Below the pieces are notes generated by a model that saw only the letters and a program-made list of their open reading frames with translations, made no database searches and had not been told where the DNA came from. From the NCBI GenBank assembly GCA_973895155.1, contig CCZZQB010000049.1:1-10077 (forward strand): a stretch of DNA of 10,077 nucleotides, given 5' to 3'. This DNA is from Marsupella aquatica (Eukaryota; Plantae; Marchantiophyta). Below, one piece after another: positions 1 to 4,900 of the stretch. The position numbers and the translations under genes are program-made. Each line of letters starts with the position of its first letter. The stretch's first letter is position 1.

Positions 1-261
1 CCCTATGCCGACTTTGGTTTGCAAGTTGTCGGGACTCCCTCGTGGCCTCGGTTAAAAATATATTTGAGTGATTACTTTTCTGGGGTTCCACCTTCACCAG
101 GGGGTGCCTTATCTTCCCCTAACTCAGCACAAAAAAATTTGGGCCCCAACGGATACCTCTAGCCAAAGTTATGCCCATTCTCCCAAGGCCTGTTTTTGGT
201 GTAAAGCGGGTGTAAGCGGCGGCCCGATTACACTTACCTTACATGCCCCTTATGGGGATTC

Positions 262-269
262 CACGTGTC
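262..269. promoter_or_regulatory. G-box/ABRE-like motif CACGTGTC (also at 9590..9597)
   Basis: Matches the plant ABRE consensus YACGTG(G/T)C. It is a single short motif and its function is unverified. Confidence 0.3.
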
Positions 270-432
270 ATGAGGGGAGAGCACTCTCATTATACTCATG
301 TTTCTTATGAAGAAATTGTAAGGACAGCAATGTTTGCAGCCATTTCTCTCTCGTGAATTCAATCTAAAACCACAGCATTCTCTATTGGATTCTTTCTTGT
401 GCAGCAGTCCAGCTGATCAGCCGCCAGCCCCT

Positions 433-678
433 CAATTTCACAGCCACCATAGCTCACAGCCAGCCTAGTCAATTTCGCAGCTAGCCCACCTCTTCAATTT
501 TGCCGCTAGCAACACAGTCAATTTCGCAGCTAGCAGCACAGTCACATCAGCGCATTTACAGCACAACAACAGCAGATTTGAAGCACAGCAGCAGCAACCA
601 TAGCTTGATTCCTTCTCAGTCAAGCAGGTCTCTCTTCTCAATTTCGTAGCTGCCCACCTTTGCAATTTCGCAGCTAGC
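433..678. repeat. Dispersed 16-mer motif CAATTTCGCAGCTAGC (3 exact and 3 variant copies) in a CAG-rich tract; repeated at 9761..10006
   Basis: Exact copies at 470..485, 519..534 and 663..678; variants start at 433, 495 and 639. Confidence 0.9.
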
Positions 679-915
679 AGCAGCATCATTCAATTCAGCA
701 GCATCAAGGCAGCAGCCAGCCAATTCTCATGAGCATCTCGTGCCTGATTAGTAGGAGCACCTCTAATCTAGTGTGCAGCTGTCATAGCAGCAAGCAGCCT
801 TCCCAATTCAAAGCCAGCAGCGATCCTAATTTGCAGCCATAGCTCTTTTCCTTCTCAGCAGCCATAGCTTCTTCAATCAGCAACAGCCCTTGCTTCTTCA
901 ATCAGCAGCAGCCAT

Positions 916-953
916 TTCAATTCAGCCGCCCTTCCTTCAATTCAGCCGCCCTT
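916..953. repeat. 20-bp-period tandem duplication of TTCAATTCAGCCGCCCTT
   Basis: Copies at 916..933 and 936..953. Nearby 25-bp-period duplications GCAGCCATAGCT (833, 858) and CTTCTTCAATCAGCA (868, 893). Confidence 0.9.
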
Positions 954-1024
954 GTGCTCAATTGATTCCTCAAGTAATCATGCAGCACCTTTGGACAGCC
1001 TCCCGGTGCTTGACGTCCTCACCA

Positions 1025-1080
1025 GCCTCGTGCTTGCTCCTCCTTGCCTCGTGCTCGCTCCTCCTTGCCTCGTGCTCGCC
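1025..1080. repeat. 21-bp tandem repeat, 2.7 copies (GCCTCGTGCTYGCTCCTCCTT)
   Basis: Units at 1025..1045 and 1046..1066, partial unit at 1067..1080. Confidence 0.92.
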
Positions 1081-1225
1081 GCGTGATCGTCGCCCACGCG
1101 GTTTACACTTAGAAAAAAATACATTTTTTTTTTTGAAAAAACAGCATTTTGGGGCGATTTTGGACCCCCCTCCAAAACTCACACATAAGTCCAAAAGGAC
1201 TTCTGAGTAGCTCCACTGATTCTAT

Positions 1226-1435
1226 GGACATAGGACTATGTCCGGGTTTACTAAGATATAAACAAAACCCTATAACAACTTTTCTAAAATTAGGCAAAGA
1301 GGGTCAAGTCTTTATGTCTTCCAAAATTCTTCTCAACTTTGAGATGCTCCCAAAAAGTAACCAAGTGTGACAAAGTTGTCCCACAAGTTTCTAGGGATAG
1401 AGGGGACCATACTTAACCCACTTCCAAACTTGGAA
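1226..1435. repeat. Cluster of inverted repeats with 2-nt spacers
   Basis: GGACATAG-GA-CTATGTCC (1226..1243), TCTCAA-CT-TTGAGA (1331..1344), GACAA-AG-TTGTC (1369..1380), TTCCAA-AC-TTGGAA (1422..1435). Confidence 0.9.
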
Positions 1436-1881
1436 CCCCTACATTTACCCATCAGCTATTTTTCCCGGGACCCGCTATTTGGTAACTTTGATTTTTGCCA
1501 AAATACTTATAACTCCTAGGTTAAGACCCCACTTGACTTCATACTTTTTCAGGGTTCCCTAGGGACCTCCCAGCACCCATGGGAGAAATATCAGCCAAAA
1601 ATAAGATGTCCGGTGTCGGGTCATTTTTTGGTCCCGACTTAGTCGCCTATTATAACTAAGGACGGACTAGTTTCCTGCCCCTCCTATAGTAACTTGCTTA
1701 CCCCTAGATAACTTTGCATAACTAAATTCCCTCTTACCTCTACTAAGCTTCCCTTCTTACTTAAGTGCCCTAAACCTAGCTACTCTGATAGCACTAAAAC
1801 TTTTTCCCTAACTATTTCCTCTTCTAAACGAAAGAATGTCATGTTTCTCTACACTAGCTGACACTGAGCCATCCCACATAG

Positions 1882-1891
1882 CCCCCTACTT
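1882..1891 (-). promoter_or_regulatory. Putative polypurine tract
   Basis: Minus strand AAGTAGGGGG (9/10 purines), 27 bp after the pol stop and just before the inferred 3' LTR start (TG at 1876 or 1878). It is short and imperfect. Confidence 0.55.
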
Positions 1892-1918
1892 AAGTGTGCA
1901 GCGTCCCCGCAAACACAC

Positions 1919-4900
1919 TTATTCCTGATTAAAGTACCTTTTCAACCTATCATGATGCACTCTAGTAGGGAACACCTCTCCTTCAAGAGTAGCAAGCTGA
2001 ATTGACCCATTAGCATAAACCTGGTGAACAACATAAGGACCCAACCACCGAGTATGCAACTTGCCTGGAAAATGAGCATACCTACTGTCATAGAGTAATA
2101 CCAGTTGTCCAGCAAGTAAAGAAGTTGGCTTCTTCAACTTCTTGTCATGATGTTGCTTCACTTGAGCTTGCTTCTTCTTCACTTGCTTGCTTGCCTCTTC
2201 CCGGATTTCCTCCAACTCCTCCAGCTGGTAAGCTCTCTCCATTAAACTCTGGTCAGCCTCCATTCTCTCCTCCACACTTACCCTCAAAGTAGGCACTTCA
2301 AACTCAACAGGTACAAGGGAGTGTTGTCCAAATACTAGGTAGAAAGGACTATGGCCGGTTGTGGTCTTGAAAGCAAGGTTGTAGGAGTACACAGCTGAGT
2401 ATAATTTGTCATCCCAATCAGTCTTGTGTGCCGCCACGGTTTTGTTCAAGATCTTGCCAATGATGCCATTAGCTCTCTCCGTTAATCCATTGGCCTTGGG
2501 GTGATAGGGGGCGGTCTTCCTATGCTTAATCAAGTAATGGTTAGTGAGCTCCTCCACAACTTCATTCAAGAAGTGAGTCCCCCTATCACTAACCAGCTCT
2601 AGAGGTGGCCCAAATCTGGTAAAAATCTGTTGATACATGAACCTTGCTACTGTGAGAGCATTATCCTTGCTGGTTGGTCTTGCCTCTACCCACTTAGTAG
2701 CATAATCAGTTGCAAGAAGGATGTATCGATTCCTTCTAGACCTGGTCACAGGAGTGATGGGACCTATGAAATCTATACCCCACTTCTCAAAAGGTGCAAG
2801 AGGTAAGATGGTGGTAAGAGGGTGATGCCTTGAGTGAGCTGGCTTACCTGTCCTTTGGCAAGGGTCACATCCCCTCACAAAAAGACTTACATCCTTATGA
2901 AGTGTTGGCCACCAATACCCTGCATCAAGAATTTTCCTTGCTGTTGTTGCACTTGCATAATGGCCACCAGCCTCCTCCTCATGCATAGCTCTCATCACAA
3001 TGGAGATTTCCTTCTTCTCCAAACACCTCCTTAGTCTCCCATCAACTCCTTCCTTGTGAAGGACACCCTTCACCAATAAGTAAGGTCTGATTTTTCTCAG
3101 GAAAACAGCAGCCTCCTCTTGGTTCAAATCTCTTGGTAGCCGGGTTGTGAGAAGAAATTGGATGATATCCAAATACCATGTATCTCCTCCACTTCCCACA
3201 TGAAAGAGGTCTTCATCTGGAAACTGATCATCCACCTCCTTCAAGTCCTCTTCTCCTTCAATCCTTGAGAAGAAGTCTGCATTCCCATGCTTCTTACCAG
3301 GCCTGACCCTCACCTCATAATCAAACTCTTGGAGCAACAAGATCCACCTTGCCACTCTACCAGTTACATCAGGTTTATTCACCATATACTTGAGAGCATT
3401 GTGATCAGTATGAAAGACCACCTTATAGCCCAACAAGTAGTGCCTAAACTTCTTACAAGAGTAGATGATTCCTAGAGCTTCTCTATCGGTTGGTGAGTAA
3501 TTCTTTTCAGCTGGTGCCAATAGTCTACTTGCAAAGTAGATAGGGTGATCCCTATTCTGGTCATCAAGTTGACTAAGCACCACACCAATACAAAAGCCAG
3601 ACACATCCACATACACATGAAATTCTCTACTCCAATCTGGTGCTATCAAGATAGGGGCTTCAACCAACCTGTTCTTCAACTCCTGAAAACTTGCTAGCCT
3701 CTCAACTGAGGGTTCAACCTCAGCCCCCTTCTTAAGCATGCTGGTTAGGGGTAAAGCTACTTTAGCAAAGTCCTTAATGAACCTTCTATAGTAGTTTAAA
3801 CATCCCAAGAATCCCCTCAACTCTGTCACTGAAGTTGGAAACTTGACAGCCATCCAAACAGCAACCTTCTCTTGGTCCACTTCTATGCCCTTCTTGGATA
3901 CCTTGTGGCCAAGTAGTATCCCTTCTTCCACACCAAAGAAGCACTTCCCTGGGTGAAGCTTCAAACCAACTTCCCTACATCTTTGGAAGGTCATCCTCAA
4001 ATGTTCAACATGGTCCTTCCCCCTTCCAAAAACAGCAAAGTCATCTATGAATACTTCCAAGAACTTTCTCAAGTAGTCATGAAAGATATTCATCATCAAC
4101 CTTTGGAACATACCAGGGGCATTACAAAGACCAAAAGGCATCCTCCGAAAGGCATAAATCCCCCACTCAGTAGTAAAGGCTGTCTTCAACTGGTCCTCCT
4201 TCCTTATCCAAATCTGGTTGTAACCTGAGTACCCATCTAGGAAGCTATACACTTCCCAACCAGCTACTAAATCAAGTACCATATCAGTAAATGGAATGGG
4301 ATAGTGGTCCTTCTTAGTGGCCTCATTGAGTTTCCTAAAGTCTTGGCAAACTCGGATCTTAGGCTTACCATCCAAGCCTGGTTTCTTTGGTACTATGACA
4401 ATTGGAGAAACCCACTCACTATTCAACACAGGATAGATGAAACCTGCTTCCAGCAATTTGTCTATCTCTTCCTTCACCATCAAGGAGTACTTGGGATTCA
4501 TCCGATATTGCCTTTGTCTCACAGGTGAAGCTCCTAGCATCAAGTCGATTCTATGCTCACCAAGTTCAGGGTTTACACCAGTAAGATCCAAGTGACTCCA
4601 AGCAAACACATCCACATATTCACCTAGCAAATCTTGGATAGTTTTCTCTTCACCTGATCCCAGGGCATTTCCCAAGTTGAAGGTCTTGTCTTGCTGGACA
4701 GAGATGGTTCTGTACTGCTCAGCTCGAATCACCTCCATCTTGTTCCTCATTGTGGAGTCAAAAGTGCCCTCAAGTTGTGCCAACCTCATGCCTCCATAGA
4801 CGGGTGCATTTTCAGCACTTAACTCCTCCTTCTCCTTGCTTGAATGCTGGTCTTCCTGAGTCTCATCCTCCTCTGAGTTTGCAGCCTTCAATTGGTCCTC

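Larger units (their letters stand above)
1..1876 (-). repeat. 3' LTR, partial (U3 portion)
   Basis: 1..749 repeats at 9329..10077. The boundary is inferred from the PPT-like tract and from minus-strand TGGGA at 1876..1872 being the inverse of TCCCA at 8036..8032. The exact boundary is uncertain by a few bp. Confidence 0.7.

Noticed and set aside
433-678. CRISPR-like repeat-spacer appearance of the 16-mer array
   Set aside because: The repeats are too short, spacing is irregular (24-120 bp), the intervening sequences are related to each other, there are no cas genes, and the context is a plant retrotransposon LTR.
1257-1272. Plus-strand TATAAA and telo-box-like AAACCCTA, suggesting an antisense promoter
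   Set aside because: Short motifs in AT-rich sequence with no nearby site II elements or other support. Likely chance unless antisense transcripts are found.
68-1370. Short ORFs in the LTR (68..310, 465..689, 890..1210, 970..1194, 978..1175, 1109..1297, 1149..1370, and copies at 9396..9638 and 9793..10017), including as an env-like or accessory gene
   Set aside because: They are 60-106 aa, several start at non-ATG codons, and their peptide repeats (LLAAKL, HEARRS, STRQGGA) simply mirror DNA repeats. None has a recognisable domain or a convincing env-like transmembrane pattern.
1922-2035. Possible chromodomain at the integrase C-terminus
   Set aside because: Only about 37 aa follow GPY, and they match the end of the GPY/F module. 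No chromodomain aromatic-cage pattern is present.
2984-3262. Possible additional (archaeal-type) RNase H as in Tat/Ogre elements
   Set aside because: The RH-to-integrase spacer is only about 93 aa and matches the ordinary integrase N-terminal region, and no second RNase H motif set appears elsewhere in Pol.
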